Assembly (NCBI GenBank): GCA_963700145.1
Contig: OY969474.1
Location: 4,032,001 to 4,096,000 of the forward strand
DNA from: an uncultured Acidobacteriota bacterium
GTDB lineage: Bacteria > Acidobacteriota > Thermoanaerobaculia > Multivoradales > UBA5704
Reading direction: 5' to 3'
Length of the DNA stretch: 64,000 nucleotides
Shown: positions 41,557 through 52,109 of the stretch, piece by piece
Layout of the letters: the number at the start of each line of letters is the position of its first letter
Position numbering within the stretch: the first letter of the stretch is position 1
Notes under the pieces: model-generated
Database searches by the model: none
Seen by the model: the letters and a program-made list of their open reading frames with translations, nothing else
What the model was told of the DNA's origin: nothing
Translations under genes and position numbers: made by a program

Positions 41557-44118
41557 TTAGGGGTAGTAGCCTTTCAGCGTCTTGGCTTCGAGCCCCGGTT
41601 TCTTCACCTCGACCTCCACCGTCCGGTACTTCTCCCCCTTCCCCTCGCTCGCCGACTGGTAGGCCAGGAGGTACTGGGTGCGCAGCTCGGTCTCGACCTG
41701 CTCGTAGACGCGCTTCAAGTCCGAGCCGCGGTCGATGAAGAAGTGCCGGCCGCCGGTCTCGGCGCCCAGCCGCTCGAGCTTGAGCCGCGCGTCGGTGTCC
41801 TTGGTGCCGATGCCGATCCCCACCGGGTAGATCGCCACGCCGCTGCGCCGCGCGTACTCCAGGGCGTCGGAGAAGCCGTAGCGGCTGCCTTCGTCGACGC
41901 CGTCGGTCAGGATGATGAGGGCGCGCTTCCCCTTGAGCCCGCCGAAGTAGTGGAGGGTGAAGATGAGGCTGTCGTAGAAAGAGGTGTTGCCCTCGGCGGC
42001 GAGGCCCGCGAGGCCGGCCGAGAGGACCTGCGCGTCGTTGGTGAAGCGGACGGCGAGGCTCGGCTCGTCGTTGAAGGTCACCACCGCCGCCCGGTCCTTG
42101 GGCTGGATGACGGTCTGGAAGAAGGTGAGCGCGCCCTTGATCGCGCCGTCCAGCTCCTCGCTCATCGACGACGAGTTGTCGAGCATGACGCCGGCGTAGA
42201 TCGGCAGGTCGGTCACCTTCTCGAAGCGGTAGATCGACTGCGGCGCGCCGTCCTCGCGCACCGCGAAGTCCTCGCGCTGGAGGCCCTCCACCGGCCGCCC
42301 GCGCTTGTCCACGACGGTCGTGTAGAGCTCGACCATCTGCACCTGGATCGCCGTGCCGTACTCCGGCGCGTTGATCAGCACCAGGTCCTCGGTCGAGTTG
42401 CCGTCGGCGAGGTAGGCCACCGCCCGCACGAAGCTCATGGCCTTCGCCGCCGGCAGCACCATCGGCTGCGCGAACGGCGGCTGGTAGAGGGTCGCCAGCC
42501 GGTCCTCGTTCAAGAAGAACTCGACGCGGTCGAGCTTCTCCCCCTCCGGCACGTCGACCTCGGCCTGGGCGCGCAGGCTGGCGCTGTAGGTCTTCCCCGG
42601 CTCGGGCTCGACCAGGCGGAGCGAGAAGCGGTGCGGCCCGGCGTTGAGCTGCAGCTCGTCGCTCGCCAGCTCCTCGCCGGCGGGCCCGAGGGCGACGGCG
42701 GCGAGGCGGCGCAGGCGCGGGTCGGGCCCGAGGTCCAGCTCGACGCTGTAGGGCGGGCGGCTCTTCGAGAGGACGGGCCGGCCGTCGAGGTCCCAGCGCA
42801 CCCGCTCGATGCCTTCGCCGGCGACGATCGCCTCGACCCGTGCCCGCCCGGTGAGCAGCCCCGGCGGCGGCGGCAGGATGCGGATCGAGCGCTCCTTCTC
42901 GTCGTCGGCGGCGGGCGCCCGCGCCAGGGCGGCGTTGGCCTCGACGAGCAGCGGATGGGCGTTGGGCTGCGCCGGCAGCGGCGCCCCGGGCGCGGCGCCC
43001 GGCGCGGGCTCGCCTGCCGTGGCCACGGCCGCGACGACGTCCGGCACCTCCAGGTCCATCTCCTGGCGGAAGAAGCGGCGCGAAGTCGTCTCCTCGACCC
43101 GCAGCACCAGCCGGTAGGCGCCGGGGCGCAGCGAGCGCTCGAAGACCAGCGGGATGGCGTCGCCCGCGGCGGCCGCCTCAGGCAGCGTGAACTTGACCCG
43201 GAAGCGGTCGAACAGCTCCCCCTTGCGCACCACCTCGCCGTCGAGGAGGAAGCTGTAGATCCCGACCTCCCCCAGCTTCTCCGGCCGCGCCTCGCCGCGC
43301 GGCACGGTCACCACCCCCTGGACGATCGTGCGGCTCTGCCGCTTGGCCGGGAAGGCCAGCTCGAGGCGGGCGGGGAGCGGGCTGGCGTCGGCCGGCAGGT
43401 CGGTCGAGCGGGAGAGGAAGGTCTGCAGCCACTCGGTGCCCGGGTCGGGGAGGAGCCGGGCCTCCAGCTCCCGCCAGTCCACCGCTCGCATCAGGCTCCC
43501 GGCCACCTCCTCGCCGCGCGCGCACTGCTCGACGATCGCCTCGAGGATCCCCTGGTCGCCCGCCTGCGCCAGGCGGAAGTCGGCGGCGACCAGCGGGCGG
43601 AGCCCGTCGCCGGGCACCCAGGCCCCGAGCTTGCCGCCGCCGCGGTAGCCGCGGACGAAGACCAGGGTGAAGTTCCCGGCCACCCGCTCGGCGCCCGCGT
43701 AGCGCCAGACCTCGAGCGGCAGGAGCACGTCCGAGCAGCGCACGTCGAAGCGCCCGGCCGGCTCGCCCAGGAAGAGGAGGGCGCGCGCCCTCCCGTCGTC
43801 GAGCCCGCCGAAGCGGTCGCGCGCCGCCTGCGCCCGCTCGGTCCACCCCTCGGCCAGCTCGTTGCGCGCCGTCTCGGGGTGCGGGTCGCGCACCTGCCAG
43901 AACTGGCGGATGAAGGCGTCGCGCTGGTAGTCCTGGGAGAGCCCGAGGAAGGCCTCGCGCTCGGCGGCGTCGAGGAGCGGCGCCACCTCGGCGAGCCACT
44001 GCTGGTAGCGCTGGGGGAGGTCGGGAGGCGGTGCGGGGCTCGCGGGCTCGGCGGCGGCGGCGCCGGTGGAGCAGAGGATCAGGGCGAGGAGGAGGGTCCG
44101 GGCCTGCGCGAGCGACAT
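41557..44118 (-). CDS. GWxTD-like + Ig-like + VWA domain secreted protein
   Basis: FIRQFWQVRDPHPETARNE; MIDAS DNSSS, GNTSFYD and LTDG; C-terminal GYYP. Confidence 0.85.
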   Translation of the reverse strand: MSLAQARTLLLALILCSTGAAAAEPASPAPPPDLPQRYQQWLAEVAPLLDAAEREAFLGLSQDYQRDAFIRQFWQVRDPHPETARNELAEGWTERAQAARDRFGGLDDGRARALLFLGEPAGRFDVRCSDVLLPLEVWRYAGAERVAGNFTLVFVRGYRGGGKLGAWVPGDGLRPLVAADFRLAQAGDQGILEAIVEQCARGEEVAGSLMRAVDWRELEARLLPDPGTEWLQTFLSRSTDLPADASPLPARLELAFPAKRQSRTIVQGVVTVPRGEARPEKLGEVGIYSFLLDGEVVRKGELFDRFRVKFTLPEAAAAGDAIPLVFERSLRPGAYRLVLRVEETTSRRFFRQEMDLEVPDVVAAVATAGEPAPGAAPGAPLPAQPNAHPLLVEANAALARAPAADDEKERSIRILPPPPGLLTGRARVEAIVAGEGIERVRWDLDGRPVLSKSRPPYSVELDLGPDPRLRRLAAVALGPAGEELASDELQLNAGPHRFSLRLVEPEPGKTYSASLRAQAEVDVPEGEKLDRVEFFLNEDRLATLYQPPFAQPMVLPAAKAMSFVRAVAYLADGNSTEDLVLINAPEYGTAIQVQMVELYTTVVDKRGRPVEGLQREDFAVREDGAPQSIYRFEKVTDLPIYAGVMLDNSSSMSEELDGAIKGALTFFQTVIQPKDRAAVVTFNDEPSLAVRFTNDAQVLSAGLAGLAAEGNTSFYDSLIFTLHYFGGLKGKRALIILTDGVDEGSRYGFSDALEYARRSGVAIYPVGIGIGTKDTDARLKLERLGAETGGRHFFIDRGSDLKRVYEQVETELRTQYLLAYQSASEGKGEKYRTVEVEVKKPGLEAKTLKGYYP

Positions 44119-44122
44119 CCGG

Positions 44123-46657
44123 CTAGGGATAGTACCCCCGCATCGTCTTGGCTTCGAGCCCGCCGCGGGCGAGCTTGACCTCGACGGTGCGGAACCCCTC
44201 GCCGCTGGTGTTGGTCGACTGGTAGGCCACCAGGTACTGCGAGCGCAGCTCGCGCTGGATGGTGGCGTAGATGCCGTCGAGCTCGGCGGCGCTCTGGAGG
44301 AAGAAGGCGCGGCCGCCGGTCTCCTCGGAGAGGCGCACCAGCTTCTTGCGGTCCACGTCCGCGCCCAGGCCGATGGCGTAGACCGTCACCCCCGCCCGCC
44401 GTGCGTACTCCAGGGCGTCGTCGAAGGCGAAGCGGCTCGACTCGTCCTTGCCGTCGGAGAGGACGATCGCCGCCTTCTGACCGCGCACGCCGTTGAAGTA
44501 GTAGAGGGCGAAGATCAGGCTGTCGTAGAGGGACGTGCCGCGCTCGGCCTTGAGCCCGGCGAGGGCGGCCGCCAGCGTCTTCTGCTCGTTGGTGAACTTG
44601 GCGGCCAGCGCCGGGCGGTCGTTGAAGGTGACCAGCGCCGCCCGGTCCTTGGGCCGCACCGTCTTCTCGAAGAAGCGCAGCGCCGCGCCCTGGGCGCTCT
44701 GGATCTCCGGCTCCATCGAGGCCGAGACGTCGAGCAGCACGGCGGCGTGGATCGGCCGGTCGGCGACGGTCTCGAAGCGCGCCACCTCCTGCTTGACGCC
44801 GTCCTCGACGACGGTGAAGTCCTTCTGCGTCAGCCCCTCGACGGGGCGCCCCTGGCGGTCGACGACGGTGGTGTAGAGCTCGACGAACTCGATGTCCAGC
44901 TCGTCGAGGTAGTCGGGGGCGTTGACGAAGACCGTGTCCTCGGTGGTGGCGCCGTCGGCTAAGTAGGCGACGGCGCGGACGTAGGCCAGGGGGTTCCCCT
45001 CGGGCAGCAGGATCGGCTGCGCGAAGGGGGGCTGGTAGAGGGTCGCGACCAGCGTCTCGTCGAGGTAGAACTCGACGCGCTCGACCGCCTTGCCCTCCGG
45101 CACCTGCACCTCGGCGGCGGCGCGCAGGCTCTGCGAATAGTTGCGCCCGCCGCGCGGCTCGACCAGCTCGACGGCGAAGCGGTGGTCGCCGGCGTTGAGC
45201 GTCATCGCGTCACGCGCCACCTCCTGGCCGCCGCCGTCGAAGGCCACGGCGGCGAGCTCGTGAGTGCGCGGGAGGGACCCCAGGTCGAGCTCGACGCTGT
45301 AGGGGGGCTTCCGCTTGGTCAGCACCGGCTTGCCGTCGAGCTCGAAGGTGACCTTCTCGATGCCGGGGCCGGTGGTCAGGGTCTCGAAGCGCAGCATGCC
45401 GGTGTGGAGGTCGCCGGGCGGCTCGACGAGCTGGATCGTCCGCTCGCCGGTGGTGATCGCGGCGTTGGCCTCGGCGAGGAGGCGGGCGCTCTCGGCGTCG
45501 GCGGGTGGCGGCGGCGGCAGGTCCTTGGCCATCTGCGGCACGGCGAGCGGCCGCTCCTCGCGGAAGAAGCGCTTGCCGTTGAGATCCTCGAGCTTGAGGG
45601 CCATGGTGTAGTCGCCGGGGCGGAGCGTGCGCTCGAAGATCATCGGCAGCTCGTCGCCCGCCACCTCGTCGGCCGGGAAGTCGAACTTGTAGCGGAAGCT
45701 CTCGAAGAGCTTCCCCTCCTGCAGCACCTCGCCGGTGAGCACGAAGTTGTAGGAGCGGTGCTCGCCGAGCTGCACGGCGGCGGCCTCGGCGACCGGCACG
45801 GTGACGACGCCCTGGACGACGGTGCGCGCCTGGTGGCGGCCGGGGTAGTCGACCGCCAGCTTGGCGGGGAAGGTGGGCGTCCCCTGCGCCAGGTCGGTCG
45901 AGTAGGACTTGAAGGTCGCCACCCACTCGCCCTTCGGCGGGTCGGGCGGCCGCTCGATCTTCTGCAGGATCGTGGCGTAGCCGAACATGCCCTGCTGGAA
46001 GACCCAGCCGATGCCGGCGGCGAGCTTGTCGCCGTCGATGCAGCCGTCGGCGATCGCCCGCAGGTTCGCCACCTCGCCGTGCTGGAAGAGGGCGTCGAGC
46101 CCCTCCGACGGGTCCCAGAGCCGGAACTTCCCCGCCCCCCAGTGCTTGTAGAAGACGAGGAAGAACTCGAAGGCGGCGACCTCGCTGCGGCGGTAGTACC
46201 AGACCTCCAGCGGCTGCAGCAGCGCGGTGCAGCGCGAGACGATGCGGTCGGCCGGCGGGCCGTTGGTCAGGAACAGCTCGGCGCGGCGGTCGTCGAGGGC
46301 GTCGAAGATCGAGCGCGCCTCGTTCATGCGCTCCTCGTAGCGGTCCCTGAGCTCGTTGCGGGCGGTGTCGGGGTAGGGGTCGCGCGCCGCCCAGAACTCC
46401 TGGATGAAGGCGTCGCGCTGGTAGTCCTTCTCGAGGGCGATGAAGGCGTCGCGCTCCTCGTCCGAGATGATCACCGCGACCTGCTCGAGCCAGGCGCGGT
46501 ACTTCTCGGGCAGCTTCTTGATCGCCTCCTCCTGCGCCTTGAGCTCCTTGCGGGAGGGCTTCTTCTCCGCCGCCGCGGCGGCGGCGGGGGGCGGGGCTGA
46601 AAGCAGGACGGCGCCCAGGGAGAGGGCGCAGACGAGGGCGATCGGAGAGCGTCTCAT
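44123..46657 (-). CDS. GWxTD-like + Ig-like + VWA domain secreted protein (paralogue)
   Basis: FIQEFWAARDPYPDTARNE; MIDAS DVSAS, GTSLYD and LSDG; C-terminal GYYP. Confidence 0.85.
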   Translation of the reverse strand: MRRSPIALVCALSLGAVLLSAPPPAAAAAAEKKPSRKELKAQEEAIKKLPEKYRAWLEQVAVIISDEERDAFIALEKDYQRDAFIQEFWAARDPYPDTARNELRDRYEERMNEARSIFDALDDRRAELFLTNGPPADRIVSRCTALLQPLEVWYYRRSEVAAFEFFLVFYKHWGAGKFRLWDPSEGLDALFQHGEVANLRAIADGCIDGDKLAAGIGWVFQQGMFGYATILQKIERPPDPPKGEWVATFKSYSTDLAQGTPTFPAKLAVDYPGRHQARTVVQGVVTVPVAEAAAVQLGEHRSYNFVLTGEVLQEGKLFESFRYKFDFPADEVAGDELPMIFERTLRPGDYTMALKLEDLNGKRFFREERPLAVPQMAKDLPPPPPADAESARLLAEANAAITTGERTIQLVEPPGDLHTGMLRFETLTTGPGIEKVTFELDGKPVLTKRKPPYSVELDLGSLPRTHELAAVAFDGGGQEVARDAMTLNAGDHRFAVELVEPRGGRNYSQSLRAAAEVQVPEGKAVERVEFYLDETLVATLYQPPFAQPILLPEGNPLAYVRAVAYLADGATTEDTVFVNAPDYLDELDIEFVELYTTVVDRQGRPVEGLTQKDFTVVEDGVKQEVARFETVADRPIHAAVLLDVSASMEPEIQSAQGAALRFFEKTVRPKDRAALVTFNDRPALAAKFTNEQKTLAAALAGLKAERGTSLYDSLIFALYYFNGVRGQKAAIVLSDGKDESSRFAFDDALEYARRAGVTVYAIGLGADVDRKKLVRLSEETGGRAFFLQSAAELDGIYATIQRELRSQYLVAYQSTNTSGEGFRTVEVKLARGGLEAKTMRGYYP

Positions 46658-46699
46658 CGGCCGGCCGGTGCGGAAGCGCGCGCTAGACTATCCCGCGCC

Positions 46700-47848
46700 A
46701 TGCAACCGGTGTACCTCGATAACAACGCCACGACGCCTTTGCATCCCTGGGCGCGGGCGGCGATGCTCCCCTGGCTGGACGAGCGCTGGGGCAACCCCTC
46801 CTCGCGCCACGCCTTCGGCCAAGCGGCGCGCGGGGCGGTCGAGGAGGCGCGCGAGGAGGTGGCGGCGCTCCTCGGGGCGCGCCCCCCGGAGGTGGTCTTC
46901 ACCGGCAGCGGCACCGAGGCCAACAACGCCGTCCTCGAGCACGTCGGGGAGCGGGCCGGCTGGCGCGGCTCGATCGTCCTCTCGGCGCTCGAGCACCCGT
47001 CGGTCCGCGAGGGGGCGGCCCGGCTCGCCCGGCGCGGCCTGCGGGTGGCCGTCGTGTCCCCGGGAGGCGACGGGGTCGTCCCCGCGGAAGCGGTCGTCGA
47101 GGCGCTCGGGCCGGACACCCGCCTCGTCTGCCTGATGCTCGCCCACAACGAGCTGGGGACGCTCCAGCCGGTGGCCGAGGTGGCGCGCGCCTGCCGCGAG
47201 CGCGGGGTGCCGCTCCTCTGCGACGCGGTGCAGGCGGTGGGGAAGGTGGCGGTGGACGTCCACGAGCTGGGGGCCGACTACCTGACGCTCGGCGCGCACA
47301 AGCTCTACGGCCCGCTGGGCGCGGCGGCACTGTGGGTGCGCAAGGGGGTGGAGCTCGAGGGGCTCCTCGTCGGCGGCGGCCAGGAGCGGCGGCGCCGGGC
47401 GGGGACCGAGAACGTGCCGGCGCTGGTGGGGCTTGGCGCGGCGGCGGCGGCGGCGCGCGAGGAGGGGGCGGCGCGGACCGAGCGGCTCGCCGCCCTGCGC
47501 GACCGCTTCGAGCGCGGCCTCGGGCGCATCCCGGGGGCGGAGGTCCACTGCGCGGGGGCGCCGCGCCTGCCGAACACCTCGCACGTCGGCTTCCCCGGCG
47601 CGGACGGCGAGGCGCTCTTCATCCGCCTCGACCTGGCCGGCTTCGCGGTCTCGACCGGCGCGGCGTGCGCCTCGGGGGCGATCGAGCCGTCGCACACGCT
47701 GCTGGCGGCCGGGTTCTCGCGGGAGGTGGCGCTGTCGTCGCTGCGGGTGAGCTTCGGGATCTCGAACACGGAAGAGCAGGTGGATGCCTTCCTGGAGGCG
47801 CTCGAACGCGAGGTGGCCGAGGTGCGGCGGCTGATGGAGGTCGCCTGA
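46700..47848 (+). CDS. iscS: Cysteine desulfurase (IscS-like)
   Basis: [21 protein letters not shown] and STGAACASG; upstream of mnmA. Confidence 0.92.
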   Translation: MQPVYLDNNATTPLHPWARAAMLPWLDERWGNPSSRHAFGQAARGAVEEAREEVAALLGARPPEVVFTGSGTEANNAVLEHVGERAGWRGSIVLSALEHPSVREGAARLARRGLRVAVVSPGGDGVVPAEAVVEALGPDTRLVCLMLAHNELGTLQPVAEVARACRERGVPLLCDAVQAVGKVAVDVHELGADYLTLGAHKLYGPLGAAALWVRKGVELEGLLVGGGQERRRRAGTENVPALVGLGAAAAAAREEGAARTERLAALRDRFERGLGRIPGAEVHCAGAPRLPNTSHVGFPGADGEALFIRLDLAGFAVSTGAACASGAIEPSHTLLAAGFSREVALSSLRVSFGISNTEEQVDAFLEALEREVAEVRRLMEVA

Positions 47849-47849
47849 G

Positions 47850-48965
47850 ATGAGCGGGGGCGCGCGGACGAACGGGCGGATCGCGGTCGCGATGAGCGGC
47901 GGGCTCGACTCGTCGGTGGCAGCGCTGCTCCTGGCGCGGAGCGGGGCGCCGGTCGTCGGGCTCTCGATGCTCCTCTGGGACCGCTCCAGCGAAGCCGAGC
48001 ACGGGCGCTGCTGCGGCGCGCTCGATCTCGGCGACGCGCGGCGGGTGGCGCGGCAGGTGGGGATCCCGCACTACACGCTGCGTCTCGACAAGGAGTTCCG
48101 GCGCCAGGTGGTGGAGCCGTTCGTCCAGGACTACCTGGAAGGGCGCACGCCGAGCCCCTGCGTGCGCTGCAACACCTGGATCAAGTTCGGCCTGCTGCTC
48201 GAGCGGGCGCGCCGGCTGGGCGCCGAGAAGGTGGCGACGGGGCACTACGCTCGGATCGTCGAGGGGCCCGAGGGGCCGGAGCTGCACACGGCGGCGGCGC
48301 CGGAGAAAGACCAGAGCTATTACCTCTTCGAGCTGACGCGCGAGCAGCTCGCCCGCTCGCTCTTCCCGCTCGGCGAACGCTCGAAGCCGGAGGTGCGGGA
48401 GCTGGCGCGGGAGGCGGGGCTGTGCGTGGCGGGGAAGGGGGAGAGCATGGAGGTCTGTTTCGTGGCCGGCTCGGTGCGCGAGTTCGTGGAACAAGAGGTG
48501 GCGGCGGCGCCGGAGCGTTACCGGATGGCGCTGCCGCTGGGCGAGCCGGCGGAGCTGGTGGCGGCAGACGGGGCGGCGCGCGGTCGGGGGGAGCCGTTCT
48601 ACCGCTACACGGTGGGGCAGCGGCGCGGGCTGGGGGTGGCGGCGGGGGAACGGCTGTACGTGCTGGGGATCGAGGCGGGGGCGAATCGGGTGGTGGTGGG
48701 CTCGGAGAATGAGCTGCTGGCGCCGGGGCTCGTTGGGGAGAGGCTGCACTGGATCGGGAAGGCGCCGGCGGGAGTGGTGGATGCGACCGTGAAGATTCGC
48801 TCGCGGCATCCGGGCGTTGACGCGCGAGTGAAGCCGGGACCCGACGGCACCGTAGAGGTTGAGTTCGCGGCGCCACAGAGGGGCGTCACTCCCGGCCAAG
48901 CCGCGGTCTTCTATCAGGACAGCAAAATTCTGGGGGGTTGCTGGATTCGGGGGGCTATGCGATGA
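47850..48965 (+). CDS. mnmA: tRNA 2-thiouridylase
   Basis: [38 protein letters not shown] and TPGQ motifs. Confidence 0.97.
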   Translation: MSGGARTNGRIAVAMSGGLDSSVAALLLARSGAPVVGLSMLLWDRSSEAEHGRCCGALDLGDARRVARQVGIPHYTLRLDKEFRRQVVEPFVQDYLEGRTPSPCVRCNTWIKFGLLLERARRLGAEKVATGHYARIVEGPEGPELHTAAAPEKDQSYYLFELTREQLARSLFPLGERSKPEVRELAREAGLCVAGKGESMEVCFVAGSVREFVEQEVAAAPERYRMALPLGEPAELVAADGAARGRGEPFYRYTVGQRRGLGVAAGERLYVLGIEAGANRVVVGSENELLAPGLVGERLHWIGKAPAGVVDATVKIRSRHPGVDARVKPGPDGTVEVEFAAPQRGVTPGQAAVFYQDSKILGGCWIRGAMR

Positions 48966-49464
48966 GCACCGCCCTCCGCGGTGCGCTCCCCGCCGGGAAC
49001 CCGCAATCCAGATCAGTTGCCTGCTTCAGCAGGCGGCCCTACGGGTAGCGGAGCCCATGGCTGGGCTCCGCAACGGCGCGCGCTTCTGTTGACTGCGGGA
49101 TCTGAGGCGCGCGCCTCCGCTCCGCTGCGCGCCGGATCGATCATGGCCTGCCTGTCTGGTTGCCAGCGCTTGCGGAGAGGTCCCTCTGGTGAGCGCACCG
49201 CGGAGGGCTACCGTCCCTTTTGTCATCCTGAGCGAAGCGAAGGATCTGGGCGGGGGGCTGCTTCTGGGGGAGGGGGTCGCGACTCCGGTAGCCTGGCGGC
49301 GTGCGCTCTCCGGAGGCACCTCTGAGCAAGCGCTGGCAACGCCCTGTGACGGCCACGGCTGGTCCGGCGCGCAGCGAAGCGGAGGCGCGCGCCTCAGATC
49401 CCGCAGTCCACAAAATGCGCGCGCCGGTGCCGCAGGAGAGCGCACGCCGCCAGGCGGTGCTCAT
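48961..49464. repeat. ~500-bp nested palindromic (MITE/BIME-like) element
   Basis: Terminal IR GATGAGCACCGCC/GGCGGTGCTCATC; inner IRs at about 49074-49139/49362-49427 and 49163-49213/49286-49336; central REP half at 49221-49250. Confidence 0.8.
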
Positions 49465-51556
49465 CACCACCGCTCTTCTGCTTCTGCTCATTGGTTGTAG
49501 CCGTGAGCCCCAACGCCTGATCCGTCTCGGCGACCTGCTCGCGGAGAAGCCTTCGAATTCGGAGGTCGTGCTGCCCGCGGGCGGCATGTTGGGCGAGCAA
49601 CCGCGCACGATCCCGGCGGAGCTTTCGGCGGCGCGGATTGCGAAGCTGACGCTGGTTGCGCGCGGCGACGCCCGGCTTGCCACACTCTCCTGGCGCCTTG
49701 CCAAAGACCGCCAGTTCCTGCCCTATCGCACCCTCTCGTTTCCGCTCGTCCCGGACGGCCAGCCCCAAACCTACGAAGTCGACCTCGCGCGCGAGCCTTA
49801 CTGGACGGGACAGGTGGCGGCGCTCCGCCTGGCGGTGGAGGGCGGCCGTGCCGAGTTGCTGGAGCTGAAGGGGCGGCCGGCGGCCGACCCCTACCGCCTC
49901 ATGTGCCTCGAAGGGGAGTGTCTCCCCTCGCTTCCGGGCCTTGCCTCCATCGCCATCGACGTGCCCGACGACCTGCCGCGCGATGCCCGCTTCACGGCCC
50001 GGCTCGGTCTCGTGCCGGAGTACGACAAGCCGGGCGTCGTCGCCCGCTTTCGCGCCCGCTTCGAGGGCGACGGCGATCCCGTCCTCGTGGCGGAGCGTCC
50101 CGGCGGTACGCGCGGCTGGTCCGAGGTCGGCGGCGAGATCTCGCGCGGCGGGCGGCTGCTCCTCGAGGTCGAGGCGACACGCAACGGCCGCCCGCTCCCC
50201 GAGGGAGTCGCGGTCTGGGGCAATCCGGTGATCGCAGCCGACGGCGGGCGCCTCGGGTCGCACCTCGTGATCGTCCTCATCGACACGCTGCGCGCCGACG
50301 TCCTCGGCGCGTACGGCGACCGCACCGGCGTGACACCGCGCCTCGACATTCTCGCGGAGCGGAGCACGCGCTTCGCCGACCTCTCCGCGCCGGCCCCCTG
50401 GACGCTGCCGAGCGTCGCCACGCTGATGACCGGTCTCGAGCCGCAGACCCACGGCGCCGGGCGCCGCTTCGGGGAGTTCGCGCCGACCGGCCTCGCGGAG
50501 GGGGCCACGACCCTCGCCGAGGTCCTGCGCGGCGACGGCTTCTACAACCTCGGCGTCTACCACAACATCTACGTCAACCCCGCCTTCGGCCTGTCGCAGG
50601 GGTTCGACGAGTACGTCTCGCGCGAGGAGCGGGCGGACGTCCTGGTGAGCGAGGCGCTCGCGCGGCTCGGCCGGTATCGCGACGAGCGGCGGCTGTTCCT
50701 CTACCTCCACCTCTTCGACCCGCACAACCCCTACGAGCCGCCGGCCGAGGACTGCCGGGCAGTGGCGCGCCGGCTCGAGCCCGATTACCGCGGCCCGCTC
50801 GGCTGCGCCGCCGACCGCCGGCCCGAGAACCCGATCCCGCCGGAATCCGACCGCCGCTGGCATGAGGCGCTCTACCGCGCCGAAGTGGCGGCCACCGACC
50901 GCGCGCTCGGGCGGTTCCTCGACGGCCTCGTGGAGCTGGGGATGGCGGAGGACACGGTGCTCCTCGTCGTCTCCGACCACGGCGAGGAGTTCTGGACTCG
51001 CCTGCCGCAGGAGCGCGCCCGCGGCTACGAGGCGAACGCCGACCACGGCCACACCCACTACGAGGAGCTGCTGAGCGTGCCGGGGCTGCTGCGCGCGCCG
51101 GGTGTCGGGGCGAGCGTCCTGCGGGAACCGGTGCGGATGGCCGACTTCTTCCCGACCCTCCTCTCCCTGGCCGGCGTCGAGCCGCCGCCGTCGCAAGGCC
51201 GGGACCTGAACGCCGCGTTCGCCGGCCACCCGCTGCCGCGCGCCACGCAGCTCGCCGACGTCATCCTCCACGGCCCCGAGCGCTGGGCCGTGCGGCGCGG
51301 CCCATGGAAGCTGATCGTGCCGCGGCAGGCGGGGCTGGCCGCCGAGCTCTACAACCTCGCCGACGACCCCGGCGAGACCCGCGACCGCGCCGCCGCCGAG
51401 CCCAAGGTCGCCGCCGCTCTCCGCGCCTGGGGCGAGCGCGAGCTAACCGCCCGCGCCGCCGCCCGCCGCCGCTACCTCCCCGGCGACGCCCTCGGCGCCA
51501 CCTACCTGGAGTGGAACCACATCACGAAGCTGCGGTCGCTGGGGTACCTGCGGTAA
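49415..51556 (+). CDS. Sulfatase-family protein, probable lipoprotein
   Basis: IDTLRAD, WTLPSVATLMTG, HLFDPHNPY, SDHGEEF, ELYNLADDPGE and LRSLGY motifs; start uncertain (49415 or 49457). Confidence 0.88.
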   Translation: MRAPVPQESARRQAVLITTALLLLLIGCSREPQRLIRLGDLLAEKPSNSEVVLPAGGMLGEQPRTIPAELSAARIAKLTLVARGDARLATLSWRLAKDRQFLPYRTLSFPLVPDGQPQTYEVDLAREPYWTGQVAALRLAVEGGRAELLELKGRPAADPYRLMCLEGECLPSLPGLASIAIDVPDDLPRDARFTARLGLVPEYDKPGVVARFRARFEGDGDPVLVAERPGGTRGWSEVGGEISRGGRLLLEVEATRNGRPLPEGVAVWGNPVIAADGGRLGSHLVIVLIDTLRADVLGAYGDRTGVTPRLDILAERSTRFADLSAPAPWTLPSVATLMTGLEPQTHGAGRRFGEFAPTGLAEGATTLAEVLRGDGFYNLGVYHNIYVNPAFGLSQGFDEYVSREERADVLVSEALARLGRYRDERRLFLYLHLFDPHNPYEPPAEDCRAVARRLEPDYRGPLGCAADRRPENPIPPESDRRWHEALYRAEVAATDRALGRFLDGLVELGMAEDTVLLVVSDHGEEFWTRLPQERARGYEANADHGHTHYEELLSVPGLLRAPGVGASVLREPVRMADFFPTLLSLAGVEPPPSQGRDLNAAFAGHPLPRATQLADVILHGPERWAVRRGPWKLIVPRQAGLAAELYNLADDPGETRDRAAAEPKVAAALRAWGERELTARAAARRRYLPGDALGATYLEWNHITKLRSLGYLR

Positions 51557-51579
51557 AACCAATTCGTAGGCCGATGGAC

Positions 51580-51819
51580 TTACCAGACTTCGCGACCAGC
51601 GGGGCGGCCAATACCGACTTCGCCGTGGATGTTGCTCTCGGTGACATCCGCGAGGAGCTCCTCGAGCGTGAAGGACTGGGACGCTGGCCGAACGAGAAGC
51701 ACGCCGTCGGCGAGAGAGATCTCGACTTCCGAGTGCTCCGCGAGCCCGATTTCTTCGGCGTAGTGACGGGGAATCCGGACGCCGAGGCTGTTACCCCACC
51801 TCTGGACTCTGGTGCGCAT
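51580..51819 (-). CDS. mazE: MazE/AbrB antitoxin (orphan)
   Basis: MRTRVQRWGNSLGVRIP...TLEELL..VT..N.HGE...GREVW; no mazF follows. Confidence 0.88.
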   Translation of the reverse strand: MRTRVQRWGNSLGVRIPRHYAEEIGLAEHSEVEISLADGVLLVRPASQSFTLEELLADVTESNIHGEVGIGRPAGREVW

Positions 51820-51871
51820 CAGGACCTCATTCACGCAAAAAACATACGCAACGGGGCCAGCGCGTTTACCA

Positions 51872-52099
51872 CTAGCGAGCCAGTGCTTTTTCGACTTCGC
51901 GCGGCAGGTCGATCGCATGGAAGAAGCTAGCCGGGTACAGGTAATCCTCGCCCGACTCGTCCACGACCGCCAGGTAACCCTGAGGTCCGACTTCGGGAGG
52001 CCCGGAGGTGAGGTAGACCTTGCCGCGCTCCAAAGATGCGGGATAGCCATCATTGCGAATGCAGATCACGAAGCCCTTGTGTGCCCGGGATCGACTCAT
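51872..52099 (-). CDS. Small conserved hypothetical protein
   Basis: FVICIRNDGYPASLERGKVY...VVDESGEDYLYPASFF. Confidence 0.7.
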   Translation of the reverse strand: MSRSRAHKGFVICIRNDGYPASLERGKVYLTSGPPEVGPQGYLAVVDESGEDYLYPASFFHAIDLPREVEKALAR

Positions 52100-52109
52100 T
52101 TCTCGCGCC

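Noticed and set aside
51557-51585. LVSPSAY peptide after mazE as a mazF remnant
   Set aside because: Only about 7 residues, too short to support a pseudogene call.
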